A stretch of DNA of 64,000 nucleotides from Eledone cirrhosa (GCA_964016885.1 OZ024740.1:226796001-226860000); one strand, 5' to 3'; positions 14,353 to 29,604 are shown, counted from the first letter of the stretch. The notes: a model not told the origin generated them from the letters alone. Translations and numbers: made by a program.

Positions 14353-14464
14353 CACACACGGGTGAGTATATATATATATACACTTACCCGTGTGTGTATA
14401 TGTATGTATGTATGTATGTATGTACACAGTAGAAGAACTAGCTACTTTGAGCTGAAGGCTATAA
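14245..14464. repeat. inverted duplication (hairpin) centred on a (TA)n
   Basis: ttatagccttcagctcaaagtagctagtgcttctactgtgtac(atac)n...cgggtgagt is mirrored by acttacccg...(gtat)n gtacacagtagaagaactagctactttgagctgaaggctataa. Confidence 0.9.
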
Positions 14465-15466
14465 TACACCATTGGAAGCAGCTGAGTGACTCAAATTCTC
14501 TCCTCTAGAAGATGAAAGCTTCTTTATTTATTTATTCATTTATATATTTTTTCGTTTTCGTTGAAGTTGTAATGGATAGATTTAGTGGAGAATTCTTTGG
14601 AGAATACACAAGATGCTAAAAACCTGATGTTAAATTAGTGCCCTTTATCTCCCTTTAAGAACTCTCTAATACTAGACTAATTAAGCAATTACTTCACCTA
14701 TAGCAATCTCATAGAATCCCTTCACCAACGACGTATTTGCTGAGTATCTGCAGGGAAAAATGTATTTAATGGATCTCTATCCCCATATGTCCACATTTAT
14801 ACTTATTAACCCCTTTTATCTTTATTGCTTGTGGACAGACAGACAGACAGAGAGATAAGACGACAAACACATACGCCAACAAACAAGCAACCACATAAAG
14901 ATACACATACATCTTTATATAAAATCTAATTTAATTCATGGCTATGAAATACATCATTAAACTCATATCACAATTCCATTCACTATTTCCCACCAGTTTT
15001 CCCTTTAACCCTTCAAGTATATCTCCATATTTACCCCAGCCCTTAAAACTACAATACCTTTAAAGTTATTGACATCTTCCCTCACCAAGCTCACTGCTTC
15101 CATTATCAAGAATTTATATATTCCAGCATTAATCCACTGCTGTTTTCATCTTATTTCTATAACATGGAAATTAAAAATCATTTCATAAAATCACAATAAC
15201 TCATTTAATGAAAATTGGTACAAGCCTGAAATAACAGAAATACTAATAAATTTTTAAGGTGGCAGAGTTGTTACACCATTTAATGAAACGCCTTGCAATA
15301 TTTGTTTTGCTTTTCTATGCTCTGAGTTCAAATCTCACCATGATAAACATTATATTCTCTCGTTTTGGAGTAGATAAAACAGATTATCAGTTTAGTGCAA
15401 TGGATTGGAAGATGAGATGATTTGTCATATTTGTTCTTGATCTTTGTGTTGCTGTGGTCTACTTGG

Positions 15467-15506
15467 GTTGTAGACTTAATCTTGGTACCAAGATTAAGTC
15501 TACAAC
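15467..15506. repeat. perfect 40-bp palindrome
   Basis: gttgtagacttaatcttggt|accaagattaagtctacaac. Confidence 0.95.
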
Positions 15507-16199
15507 AGTCTACATACAGAGAAGCCTTCTAATTTTTGAGGATACCTTTGTATTTTCCTCCCATTATCTTCAGAATCTCTGGAAAGTGTCATGAACAATA
15601 TTCTTGCCTCCCTGACAAAACAATAAAGAAACAAAACAAAGAAAATGCTAACTTCCAAATAATTGTTTTTGATTTAGCCACAAGGCCAGCAATTTCAGGA
15701 GGAAGGAAAATCAGTCATATCAACTCCAGTAACTATATTTTATTGAACACTGAAAGATGAAAGGCAAAGTTTATCTTGGCGAAATTCGAATTCAAAATGT
15801 AAAGAGCTGTAGCTAAATGTTACAAATCATGTCCAATGCTATCAGTTGCAAAAATAATATCGGAATAGATTTGTTTGAGCTTATCAATAATCTGAAATGT
15901 ATTTTGTTACATTTATCATTTTCATTATTTAAATAAACTTAGAACAACATAATATTTAGCTAATTAACCATAAATTAATGTCACAGAAACATTGTATACA
16001 ATTTATACTTTACAATGTTAACACAGAAAAATTTTTCAAATAATTTATTGAAGTTTTTATTTCTAAATTTTCATTGACATATTTAAAATTTTTGAAAAGA
16101 TCATGAATTTGTAAAGATTTAGTAACGTAACTAAATTTCCTATTAATAAGCTGGTGTTACAAAGATACTTATATAGATCTAATCTATTTAAAGTCTGTC

Positions 16200-16470
16200 T
16201 AAAGCCATGAGGCTCAGCAGGCTGGTGATTATTCTAGTTTCATGATGTGAAGTGAAGTGACTGACACTACAAGACTCCCCACTTGACAGGATGCCTGTCC
16301 ATTGCAGGGTTAAACTCTCAGCTATTGCTGTTACTCATTTCCAGCTGAGTATACTTGAGTATAATATAAATGAAGTTTTTGCTCAAGAACAAAACACACA
16401 ACCCAGCTCAGGAATCAAACCAATGACATTATCATCATCAGGTACAAGCCTTACCACTAACCCACACACT
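16200..16470 (-). mobile_element. degenerate CORE-type SINE
   Basis: tttgctcaagaacaaaacacacaacccagctcaggaatcaaacc is the reverse of the SINE head/CORE segment. Confidence 0.55.
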
Positions 16471-17269
16471 TCCATTACTTATATAGAACTACAATGTAAT
16501 GTTTTTAGATAAATATTAACACTTTAAAATAAGTTATTTTGTATCAGAGAACCAGAGACAATATCCTGCTGTTTCATATGCAAAGGAGTTTCTTTAAATG
16601 TTTTTCAGATTTGAAGAAATTCTCTGTGAGTGATGGTTCTTTGAGTATGCTTTGTATAGGTTTGCTGCTAGTTAGATGCAGATGGTAGAATTGAGTATAC
16701 AATTTTAACAGCCTCTCTAATAAGGGATTTCTTAATATCTCCATGGGTAGCATGCCTTAGGAATCATTCCTTTTGAATTTATTTTTTTCAAGATAGGAAT
16801 TATTTTTTCTTTTCGTGTTGAAATTTAGCCCATTTTTTTTTATGTATACATGCATACTGCATAAACCTCAAACGAAATATTATCTGGGATTCTGTTACTT
16901 TTTATTTTTATCTATGTATTTGCCGTTGTTATTATTGCTGTTATTATTTTTGTCATTGTTATTTATTATCATTATCATCACCATAACCACCACCATCATC
17001 ATCAACATCATTATTACTATTATTATTATTCTTGCTAGCAGGGAAAAACCGACATTAAATTATGGCTGTTTTTGTTGTTGTTGTTGTTTTTGTTATTGTT
17101 GTTATTGTTATTATTATTATCATCATTATTTTGCAAATATAAAAAAAAAAAAGACTAGTTAATGTTTAGGTCTGTTGTGTTTGGAATGGAATGAGAAAAA
17201 TTTACAAATTATTTTAGTATAGATAAATAACTTAACTGATGTCAGAAAGAATAATCATCTGCAGATAAT

Positions 17270-17720
17270 ATCATCAATATTATTACCACCACCGCCACCA
17301 CTACCATCACCATCATCAGCATAATCATCATCACCATCATTTATCACCACCATCACCACCACCACATTCATCATCACATTCACTACCATCAACACTACCA
17401 CCATCATCATCATCATTAACATCACCACCATCATCAACATCACCACCACCACATTCATCATCACCACCACCACCATCAACCCCACCACCACCACCACGAC
17501 CATTATCATTACCATCACCACCACCCCCATGAACACCACCACTACCACAATCATCACCATCAACATCACCACCAACACCACCATCATCATCACCATCACC
17601 ACCGCCACCATCAAAACCTCCACTATCATTACCACCAACACCATCACCACCATCATCATAATCACCACAACCACCACAACCACCATACCCCTCCCCCACC
17701 ATCATCATCTGCATTATCAT
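17270..17720. repeat. (CCA/CAT)n triplet tract
   Basis: Direct reading. Confidence 0.85.
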
Positions 17721-18759
17721 TATTAAAATGTTACATCTGCTCTTTCAGTCTTACCAAGTTAGGACAATTTCAAATATGTTCTTCATATATTTTCTTATTT
17801 TCTTTTTGAACACATACCTCTTCTATTGTTAATATAATAGTCAATCTACATATTTTATTTTAATTCATAGTCTGGTTTTGGTTTGCCAACATTCTGCAAG
17901 ACAGCCTCTAGCTTAAAGCATGCCTTCAGCCTGTCCTCAGTCTCTTTTTTTATCAACTATTCAGCTGCTTTTCATTCCCAGACATTATAACTTCCACCAA
18001 ATTTAACATCATACAATCTGCTGTGTCTCTTACAAAGTTTCTGTTTTTAATGTGATATACTTCACACCAAATTTCAGATCTTTGAACCAATGCATTAGTG
18101 GTTCTTTGCCTCTTTTGACTCTATGCACCATTGTGACACCACAAAAACTTTCATATCTGTTTCTCAGTATTGAAAAATTTTTGGAATTAAAAAGTTATAA
18201 TGCATAATTTGGAAAATTTTCTCTCTAAATAATTAGAATTTCCACACCCCAAATATTAAAAATTGCTTCTCAGGATACCCCTGTGGGGTAGCAACCTCAC
18301 ATTCAGAATCATTACTCCCTATTGCTGTAAAAAGTGAAGGATACATTAGATTATGTAGTCTAAGATGTCTCTAAAAAGGAGATAGGTCACACGAGGAATG
18401 ATTTTGATCATAGGTCTGCTTGATCAGGGATGACAACCTTTCATCAACTGCTTCATGTTGTTGTTACTGTTGGTCACTGCATACATACACAAAACATAGC
18501 AAAGCTAAATTTTCCTATACTTATATACAGAAACATTTTGCATTCCACTCCATATACATTCTACACTCCATTTTGCATTCTACACTCCACACCATCTACA
18601 TCTCCCTTCATATTCACGAATAACAGGTGTGCTGCACCCAATTTCCTATCCCTAAACACTGTAAATTTCCCTTCATCTACACCTCCCTCCATATACACAA
18701 GCCCTCTACATTTCACTCAGTATAAATTAACACTATATATCACTTAATGCATGTAACTT

Positions 18760-18990
18760 AATGGCTAGAGAATCGGATTCACAATTGTAAGGTTGCGAGT
18801 TCAATTCCTGAACTACTTGATGCATTTTGTCCTTGAGCAAGACACTTTATTTCACATCATTCTTTCTGCTAGGACTTGTGATTGGTAGATAATATCAGCA
18901 ATAGAAAGAATAATGGAAACATTATTTCCTTGGTTCAATTTGATGAGTTCCACCCCACTTGCTAAGCAAATGAGGTCGATTGATCAGTCA
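18760..18990 (+). mobile_element. tRNA-derived SINE with CORE-like centre
   Basis: B-box-like gagttcaattcc followed by gtccttgagcaagacactttatttcac. Homologous to 445-688. Confidence 0.7.
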
Positions 18991-19029
18991 ATATTTCACT
19001 TTATCTCCATCAACACTTTACACCCCACC

Positions 19030-19450
19030 TGGCTCTTCAACGGTTATGACAATGAATGTTCCAGTTAATACAATCAATGGAACAGCCTGTTCGTGAAATT
19101 AATGTGCTTGTAGCTGAGCATTTCACAGACACACGTACCCTTAACATAGTTCTAGGGGAAGATTCAGTGGAGATTCAGCTTGACACATAATGTAACAAGG
19201 CTGGCTCTTCATATTATAAGTGCAACTCATTTTTGTAAACTGAGTGGACTGGAGCAATGTAAAATAAAGTGTCTTGCATAAAGACACAATGCACCACCAC
19301 ATATCAAACTCACAAACTTACAATCATGAATCATATGTATATACTAAGCTACCGGAGCAATGTAAAATACAGTGTCTTGCTCAAGGACATAATGCACTAC
19401 CTGGAATCAACTCAGAACCTTATGATCATGAGCAGAATTCCCTAACCATA
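19030..19450 (-). mobile_element. CORE-type SINE plus a duplicated head fragment
   Basis: ctggagcaatgtaaaataaagtgtcttgc occurs twice (about 19250 and 19355). Confidence 0.6.
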
Positions 19451-19967
19451 TCTACACTAACCCCCCTACACTCAACTTTATCCCAATCAAAACTCTACAC
19501 TACTCCATCAATACCAACAATTCATGTTATATACACTAAAACTCTATCATATACCTTATACACACCAACACTTTACATTTACCTTTAACTATACTTTACA
19601 CTGCACTTTAACTACACTCTCAACATTCTTCAAAGCTACTGTTCAACCACATTGACATACTCTTCACATCATCTTAGCTATACTCACACAGTTACACACA
19701 TATCTATCGATAAATCGCTAATCATCCCTACCACCAAAACTACTACTAGTTCTACTACTACTACTACTACTACACCATCACTACCACTACTACTACCACT
19801 TGCATACAACTTGACACTAGCACACTACAACAGTTCCACAATTTTTCTCTTTTCAGGCAACATAGAGTATCATCATTATAATAACAACAATAATGATAAA
19901 AAAAACAGCAACAACTACAGTAACAGTAAATGATGATAATGATGATAATAACAATAACAACAATAAC

Positions 19968-20021
<54 letters not shown>

Positions 20022-20366
20022 TTATTTTATGTATAATAGACATAAAATGAAAACCACCATAAGTTCATTTTTAGTATGTTTTTTTGTGGGGGAGGGAGGG
20101 GGTTGAGTTTTCATATTTTCTGTGATGTTTCAGAGACTTTACAAACCATGATAAAAAAATAAAGAGAGAAAATTTTGAAAGAATATATAATTTTTTTTTA
20201 GCCATTTTAAAAATATATACATTTTCAAAACACTCAAAAGAAGCATACATACACTCACGCACATATACTCCATTCATATAAGCAGATGTACTTGTGTGTG
20301 TATGGGTTCATGTTTGCTCGTATGTGTTGTTGTGTATACTAAAATGCACATGTGTGTAAAGATGTG

Positions 20367-20465
<99 letters not shown>

Positions 20466-20629
20466 GTGTGCGTGTGTGTGCTCCCAGCTACAAGTACTTT
20501 TCGTTATATCAAGTGAACTATTAAATGATCCGTTGAAAATATAATGTGAATAATTCCAGAGACCTGTTTCTTTATCACTTTCTCTCCCTCATCTATGTAC
20601 ACACATACATACACACAAATATGTATATT

Positions 20630-20669
<40 letters not shown>

Positions 20670-20766
20670 CATACATACATTTATTTATATTTATATATAA
20701 TGATCATCGTTTTTACATTCGTTTTTCCATTCTTGCATGATATGTATATTCATATTTTATATCTAC

Positions 20767-20851
<85 letters not shown>

Positions 20852-22197
20852 TGTGTATGTATATTCATATATACACACATATATAAGTATACAAAGAGAG
20901 AGATGCTTGCCAAAAATATTAGTGCACATTTGTAAATGCTTATATATGGGTATATATTTTAATATTTTATCTCCTCTCAGCAAACTAAATTATAAGACTT
21001 TCTAGTGGATACAAATGGAAAAAAATATGAAGAGAGAAAGGAGACAATGCTTCTTACACTCACACACATATATATGTATATATATATATATATACATACA
21101 TGTACATACATGAATATGTGTGTATATATATATATATATACACACACACATATATATATACATATATATACACATGCATGCATATATATATGTATATATA
21201 TATATACATACATATATTTATATATGTATATACACACATATATATATGTGTGTGTGTGTATATATATATATATATGTATATACATATACATATATATATA
21301 CATATATACACACACATGTCTATTGATTTGTGCGGTTTTCTATTCTCCTTTCCATTTTTTGTCTCTTTCACACTCCTACACAGATATTTATACGTGTGTA
21401 TATGAAAAAATTGATAAATTAATAGAAGCATAGTTATATGTACATACATTTATGTAATATATATATATATGTATATGTGCATATATACATAAATGCATAT
21501 ACATACTTGTACATGATTTCATGTGTGAATGCATGTGTATGAAGGTATTTTGGTACTATTTTATCCCCCCTGGAGCTATGAATGCAAGGCAAAGACAATT
21601 TTGACAAAAAAACGAAACACAAAACGATCTCAGAACTTTGAAACATTAAACATGAGATACAAAATATATCCAGCGGAATATTGTATAATGTCTGCCAAAG
21701 GCACTGCTACATTCTCAGAAATAATTGTATTTATTGCTGATTGATGTTGAAAACTTTCATGACTGTATTCTCCAATGCATTGACTTGCTCTGCCATTACC
21801 ATCATCATCATCATCATCTTTCAACATCATCACTTTAGATTTGGTTTTAAAATGTTGCCCAGTTTAACACCACCTGGTCCTTTAGTGGACCTACTTCATT
21901 TGCAAGCATTTGGACCAGGTCTCCAGTTTAAGGATCCCCTTCTCCCTTATGTTCGCTCCTTCACTCCCTCTCTTATAAAAGCCTTAAAGGCCCTGAAAGG
22001 TGTCATAGGCACTTCTTTTCCCTTCTTGACTAAACAGTAAAAATAATTCTGAGATGAGACAAACAAGATGTCACAGTCCAAGTCAGTCCTTATATAGAGT
22101 TACCTCCTCTTAGATAGTCTGTGAAGTCATGTCACATTTGTACATGCCAATTGCTGCAATTAAGGTTCATTATAAATAATATTTGGAAATCTATCAA

Positions 22198-22370
22198 ATA
22201 ATTGTTTCTACTTTTGGCACAAGGCCAGCAATTACCCAGTGCATTACTGGTACTTCAATTTATCAACCCCGTAAGGATGAAAGGCAAAGTTAACCTCGGT
22301 GGGCTTTGAACTCAGAATGGCAAGGACCGTAACTCTATGCGCCAAAGCACGGCGTCCGACCCTCTACCAA
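22198..22370 (-). mobile_element. tRNA-derived SINE (Meta/MESC-like centre)
   Basis: Reverse complement of the family described at 47662-47850. Confidence 0.8.
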
Positions 22371-23377
22371 TAAATAATGACCACTAAACAACCACTGCTA
22401 AACAAAAACAAGAACTTATAATATCCTGTAACAAAATCCTAAGAACGTTAAATTCTACAAACCAGCATAGCCACTAACTAACAACACCTATATCACTTCT
22501 TCCATAACCACACAGATCCACATAACCTCTCCTGAAGTTCAACCACTTAATCGACCCAACATTATTTACCATTGGATAGCCTCAACCAAGATCCCTATAA
22601 GTCATATATTACCAGGATCTTCTCTCTATAAATACATGTTGAGAAATAGGCTATTTCCTTTTACTCACTTTACCATTCATGCTACCTCATAACATTTACT
22701 CCTCTTTTGCCTATATAACAATAAAACAATTCTAATCACCCAGCCTTCCAACTCTCATCATTTACATCTAACATCCCAGTCTGGGCACACTGGACCACTC
22801 AGAGGTTCAGACAGCCTACATAACAACCAGCAAATTAACTAATATATAATCTATACAAAAACGTACATAAGCTTATTATTGCATGGTTGCTCTAGTATGG
22901 GCAAAGTTGACCTCGATGGGATTTGAACTCAGTGAGCAGAGAGCTGGAACAAACACTGCAAAGCATGCAATCTGCCACCTTTTGTAACTTTATGAATTAG
23001 TATATATTGTTTCATTTTGAGAAGGTGGTGGATGGGCAAAATTGTTAAGGCATCAGACAAATGCTTTATGATATTTGTTCCCTCTCTTTATGTTCTGAGT
23101 TAAATCCTGCAGATATTTGCTTTACAGCATTTTGGGGTCAATTAATGAAAATGGTGGTTAAGAATTGGGGTCATTTAATCCTTTTTAATTTTCCTTTACA
23201 TTTCCAGACCATGTGCCAAAATAGGAAACTGTTATGTTTGATATCGACTAAATGAAACTTCACAATACCATTCTGTGGTGATTTGTTACCTATTGCTATA
23301 ACTTGGACTAATCCACACCTTTCTATGAATTTATATGTTTCCTCATTAGTCCTTGTCTGTTTGCATTTGCACTACAG

Positions 23378-23419
<42 letters not shown>

Positions 23420-23778
23420 GATGCTATTACACTACTGTTGTATACATATATTAACAAATAACAAATACTATAACACCACAGTTGTATACATGTATTAACA
23501 GCTGCTATTATTCCAGTACACCTTGTTTGTAATTGGACATTACAAGTTTAATACAATACAATTATATTTACTATTAATTACACAAATATACATTAACAAT
23601 TTTAATTAGAATACATTCATGTGCATTATGATTAGATTTTTATCAAGATTTTAATTTAAATATGAGCATATTAGTAATAGAATTCTCAAGCGTGTTGGTG
23701 TTAAAGAGTTACATATGAGTGAACATTTTCTAGGTGAGATAAGAGATATCAGAATCAGTATTGTACATGTCTTTCTTT

Positions 23779-24162
23779 GGATTGGCAGTATCGGTAGAGG
23801 GTCGGGCGCCATGCTTTGAAGCATAGAGTTACCTCCCTTTATGATCTGAGTTCAAATCCCACCGAGGTTAACTTTGCCTTTCATCCTTACGGGGTCGATA
23901 AAATAAAGTACCAGTAATGCACTGAGATAATTGCTGGCCTGGTGCCAAAAGTAGAAACAATTATTTGATTGAAATGAGAATTTGTCATTCATGCCTTTTC
24001 TGAAGGTATTAGAGGGTCGGACGCCATGCTTTGCAGCATAGTTACATCCCTTTACGATCTGAGTTCAAATCCCGCCGAGCTTAACTTTGCCTTTCATCAT
24101 TACGGGGTCGATAAAATAAAGTACCAGTAATGTACTTGTGCTAAAAGTTGAAACAATTATTA
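23779..24162 (+). mobile_element. two tandem copies of the tRNA-derived SINE (Meta/MESC-like centre)
   Basis: ctgagttcaaatccc...aactttgcctttcatc...ggggtcgataaaataaagtacc at about 23846 and 24060. Confidence 0.85.
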
Positions 24163-24619
24163 ATATCACTCTGTTTAACACCACATCTGATCATTCAGTA
24201 TGTTTAACAGATTCCACTCTCTTGCAATCATTCAGACATTCAAATTGACACAAAGTCCCTGGTAGTCACACTCCAGTCTCTAGCCCACAGATGTGTTGTC
24301 TCCTCTCTCTTCCATTTCTACCATTACTACTATAGACTCTGTTTCTTAGACATGGATGAACTTGTCCCACCTCCACCCAGAGAGTCCAACTAATTCATTT
24401 CTCCTCACCCCATCCATGAAAGGTCCAATGCCCAAAGCCTCACAAAAGCCAATTTGCCCTGACCTTCCTGCCAAAATGTGGGCCATTCTGGATCTTGTCT
24501 TGGCATCAATATCAACAAAGTCAAAGGACCTGTAAATGATATGGGCACTGTCCCTTCCTCCAGATATAACAAATAAAGAAAAAAAGGCCATAAGCAATCC
24601 TCTTCCTTCAAACCTAACA

Positions 24620-24940
24620 AATACTGGTACTTTATTTCATCAACCTTGAAAGCATAAAAGGTAAAGTTGACCTCACTGGGATTTGAAATCAGAACATAAA
24701 GAACCAGAACAAATAATGCTAAACATTCGTCTGATGTTCTATCACTCTGCCAATCCACTGCCCTTTTCTTCACTTTTGCCTGAGAAAGTTTTGTTAATGT
24801 AATAATAATTGTTTCTACATCTGGCACAAGGCCAGTAATTTCAAGGGAAGGGGAAAATTGATTAAATCAACCACAGTACATTACTGATACTTTAAAGCAT
24901 TTTTCCGACTCTCTAACGATTCTGCAAATTTACTTCAACA
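24620..24940 (-). mobile_element. two degenerate SINE copies (same family)
   Basis: ctggtactttattt...gatttgaaatcagaac, and ataattgtttctacatctggcacaaggccag. Confidence 0.6.
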
Positions 24941-24964
24941 ACTAAAACCACAACAACAACAACA

Positions 24965-25006
<42 letters not shown>

Positions 25007-25124
25007 GGAAATATGGTAAAACTAAAGAAATATATAACCCTAATGCCACCTGACAATCAAACAGACTTGAAATGTAGTCACATATATATATATATACATG
25101 CATACACATACATACATACATACA

Positions 25125-25155
<31 letters not shown>

Positions 25156-25159
25156 GCAT

Positions 25160-25203
<44 letters not shown>

Positions 25204-25913
25204 CATCATCATCATCATATATATTGTTGAAAAAAAATTCCAACTGGCTTGAAATAATCAATATTTCTTTCCGCTCTTTTATAAACTTCCTATAAAAGAT
25301 TTACCATATTATAGTATGCTTCTTTTCATTTCATTTATTATATTCTTTTACTTTTACTTTCCTTTATTTCTTTATACTTTTTTATCTTTTATCTTTATAC
25401 TTTTATGTTTTTATTTCAATTCATTTTTAATTTTTATCTTCTAACTTTTCACTGTTTTATTTATTCATAATTATTTTATTTACTATTTTCTCCATAATAA
25501 TTTTGTCTGAGAAAAAAATATAAAAGAAAAAAAATGACAAGAGAGAGATTTCTGCTTGTAAAATAGAATAGAAAATTTTTTTCTATAGATTTATAAGATA
25601 CAGACATGAAATATTGCAAGTTGTATAAGAATGATTTCAAATGTATTATATCACTGCCCAGCTATATCAACTTACTACCTGGTTTCAAGAAGTAATAGTT
25701 TCTATTATGAAAACTGTAAAGAAACTTGCTTTCTTTTCTTGTCTGTTCATTTCATTTCACTTTGTTTTGTTTCATTTCTTCAAACCTTATATATATTCAT
25801 TTCCCATGTTAACATGTTAGCACACTGATTTCATATCCCATTGATGAAGTTAACTTTGATTATCATCCTTTCAGAGCTGACAAATAAAGTACCAGCTAAG
25901 TCCTGGGGTCAAT

Positions 25914-25977
<64 letters not shown>

Positions 25978-26909
25978 TACATTGCACTGAAACATCATGT
26001 GAGAACTCTCAGTGTCCTTTGCTCTGGAAATGGAGAAGGGATGGTTAGGGTTCTAACAACCTCCTCTCAAAAACAGACAAACTAGTGAAACAAAAGTTTA
26101 GCTAGCCTTTGAATGCACCACATAGGTCTCTTGGGTAATTTTTATATGGGTGGCAATGTGAATTGAAGCATCTTGCTCAAGAACACAACGTGTTACCCAC
26201 CACCCAGTCAAGTAATCACTCCTATGATTGTGAGTCCAACACTCTAACCACTAGGCTACACAACTTCACATATGCTACTGAAGCCTTGCAAGGATTCATT
26301 CAAACAATGCCATCATGATAAAAACAAATTGTTATAAAGATACATTTGATAAAATAACATGATTAGAAATACTGATTCCTTATATAAGGACAAGGTTACA
26401 AATATGCTATGTAGAAGAATGAGATATTGGAATGTCAACGTTTTTCTCCCTCCCATTGTGTCAGCAGGGTTATTAAGCTAAGTAAATTGGCTTTTAAAGA
26501 GAACTAAAACTTACTAACATACTCAACTCACCAAGAGCTTATCTCTACTTTACAGTACTTACCAGCCATTATCTTAGATTTTTGCTATTCTGAAATATTA
26601 TCATATAATCTGATAATGTGAAATATTTCTATATTTCTATATAATCTTTTGAAGAAAAATATTTCTACACAATTTGATAATCTGACATTACTTCTAAATA
26701 ATTTCATAATCTTGAAATTGTTTCACATAATCTGATAATGTCCAACATGCCTACATTATGTTATCTAAAATGAACTTATATGGCAGTGTGGTAAGCATGG
26801 TTTTGGAAATATTTATGTCTATCACAGTATGTGTTCTTGTTTTGACAAATATCTCAGATTATTATTGCTTCAAGCCAGTCAATGAATATTTCTAATATGA
26901 ATCCTGCTG

Positions 26910-26954
<45 letters not shown>

Positions 26955-26957
<3 letters not shown>

Positions 26958-27797
26958 TCATCATCATCATCATCAACGTTTAACGTCCGTGTTCCACGCT
27001 TGCATGGGTTTGGACGGGGGTAGTCCCACTTGAGGCAAGAGTGATTGTCTTGCTCGCATAGGACTGTCTGGCAGGTTTTCTACAGTTGGATGCCCTTCCT
27101 AACACCAACCACATTTACAGTGTGGGTCTGGGAGGTTTTTACCGTGTTGCCTTGCCTACACGGCCACATTACAGCGTGGACTGTGTGTTTTTTTGTCGTG
27201 ACACCTACACGATCTCATTTGTTTCGGCCTCGATGGCGCGGCACCAGCATAACTTTACATAGAACGGGGTGGTGTGGATCGGGTGGGGGTGGGGGTGGTG
27301 GGACGGGGTGTATTTTGTTAGAGATGCCTACTGGCTGGAGTAGGTTTTACTATATATTTAGGTAAGGCGGGTCTTCTCTGTTACTGAGTACCGCCAAAGG
27401 TCTCGGTCCAGTGACATTGTCTTGGAGAGGTGTAAGTGTGTGATGTCGGAGTTTATCAGCTCGTCCCAGGTTTTTCTAGGTCTGCCTATTCCGTGACTAC
27501 CGTCTATCTTTATTGCCCTGCACTTTGTTATACAGCTATCGACTTTCATGCGCATCACGTGTCCATACCAACGTAGCCTTCTCTCGAGTAAACAACATCT
27601 GATCCCTCTTATCTCTAATTTATTCCTTAGTTCGTTTATGCTTTGCCGTTCACGTATATTACTGTTACACATCCAGCGGAGCATGCAAGCTTCGTTCCTC
27701 TCTAGTCTGCGTATATCCTCTGCACACAATGCCCAGGTCTCACTGCCATGCAGCATTGCTGTTCATATGCAGGCATCGTACAACCTGCCTTTCATTC
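26955..27797 (-). mobile_element. RTE-clade (BovB-like) LINE, 5'-truncated, inserted in (TA)n
   Basis: Encodes KGRLYDAC..AMLHGSETW...MLRWMC...[12 protein letters not shown]...GRPRKTW, with 3'UTR and (GAT)n tail. Nearly identical to 3947-4635. Confidence 0.93.
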
Positions 27798-27831
<34 letters not shown>

Positions 27832-27874
27832 GTAAAAGGTAAACAGAAATAACAACACAATTGGTACAGTATAT

Positions 27875-27969
<95 letters not shown>

Positions 27970-27974
27970 ATAAT

Positions 27975-28291
27975 ATGGCCATGACTGACCCACAACCACC
28001 ATATAGACACCTGAAATATAGAAACTTAAAAATAAAGAGTGGCACCCCATTCTGGACCTGTTTATAGAATCCTTTCTGCCTTTGTCACTCTAAATATAAA
28101 CTATAGACTTAAAGAATTAACTTTTAATGAATTCCCTTTTCTTTCAACCAATGACCGCCACCCTCTACCCACCCTCTCCTACCACCTGAAAAGATAAATA
28201 CCACTACATTTATTTTGGGAAAGCCAGATTCCTGATGATTTCTAAAGAATGAAACAGTTCTAGTCCTGTAGAATCTCATCTATATTAAAAC
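27975..28291 (+). mobile_element. PLE-like pLTR remnant (family A) between (TA)n tracts
   Basis: Its 3' part is homologous to 34218-34285 and contains a hammerhead fold. Confidence 0.65.
28226..28276 (+). ncRNA. type I hammerhead ribozyme (family A)
   Basis: Stem I AGATTC/GAATCT; core CTGATGA; stem II TTC-taaa-GAA; GAA; stem III ACAG/CTGT; GUA triplet, predicted cut after 28270. Confidence 0.82.
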
Positions 28292-29604
28292 TATATATAT
28301 ATATATATATATAAATATATATTATATATTATATATATATTATATATATATATATTATATATAATATATATATATAATATATATATAATATATATATAAA
28401 ATATATATAATAAATATATATATATATATATAATATATATATATATACAATATGTATGTGTGTGTTTGTCGTGTGTAATATGTATAGGCATGTCAATCTT
28501 TTACATATATATATAAATATACGTTCGTGTGTGTAACTTTAACTTAAAATTATTTGTTATATCAAGTTAAACATAACTCTTATTTGATTTTCAATGAAAT
28601 AAACAATATTATGTTTAACATAATCACATTATGTGTGAAATATTTTAACATTTACCAAACTATTTCAATATTTAACAACAATTGTCAACCATGTTATGAC
28701 ATTGGAATAAATAGCAGTTTGGGATGAAAAGTATCAGAATAATATTGTAAAATGCCAAAGGAGGGGAAACATGAGAAAGGGAGAGTAATGAATAATGAGG
28801 GTACCACAAAGAAAGAGAGATGAAGAAAGAGAGGGACTGTAGAAGAGGGATTGAATATAGTAAATAAGTGAATTCCTTATGTGTCAAACTAAACACCAGT
28901 GTATGGCTAAAACAACACAGTATACTGACAAATAAACTAATGTAATGTGTTTTAAAAATGTCAAGGTTCTACTGGCATATGACAATTTATGCATGAAATC
29001 AATGCATTGTTTCAAATGATATTGCTCCATACAATTTAGAAATTGCTTTGGACTCTCACTTTAGTCTATCTCTGTTGCAGATTTACATAAATGAGTAGAA
29101 AATAAAAGTTTTGTCTCTGAATTATAGTTGAAGTATTGACCCCGCACAGGGTAATAATGTTAAAATGACTATAATACATATCCCTTAATGAGATCTGGGA
29201 GCAAGCCATGTCAAGTCCTGAAGAGCAACATTGTTTGCTAGTTTAACAAAACACATTAAGTATAATTGCAACAGATTGGATAACATTAAAACAAAATTTA
29301 TAGTTATTAAATCATTATTATCATTGCTTTATAAGATATTTTCGATGCTAGCATGGGCTGGGTACGACCTTGCTGAGGTATATTTTACAGACATATATTC
29401 AATAGGATACCAATCCTTATTTTGTCTTTATTTTAGAAATATAATTAAGAAATTCATCATATTGATCTTTTTTATCATAAATAGTTTATCTGTGAGACAG
29501 GTAAATATGAAGAGCTGGCCAAGCAGTGGCAATGTGAAGTGAAGATACACATCTATCTATATATATATATTTGGACATATATATATGTGTGTTTATATAT
29601 ATGC

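Noticed and set aside
29218-29260. CTGAAGA hammerhead-like word
   Set aside because: No downstream GAAA or compatible stems.
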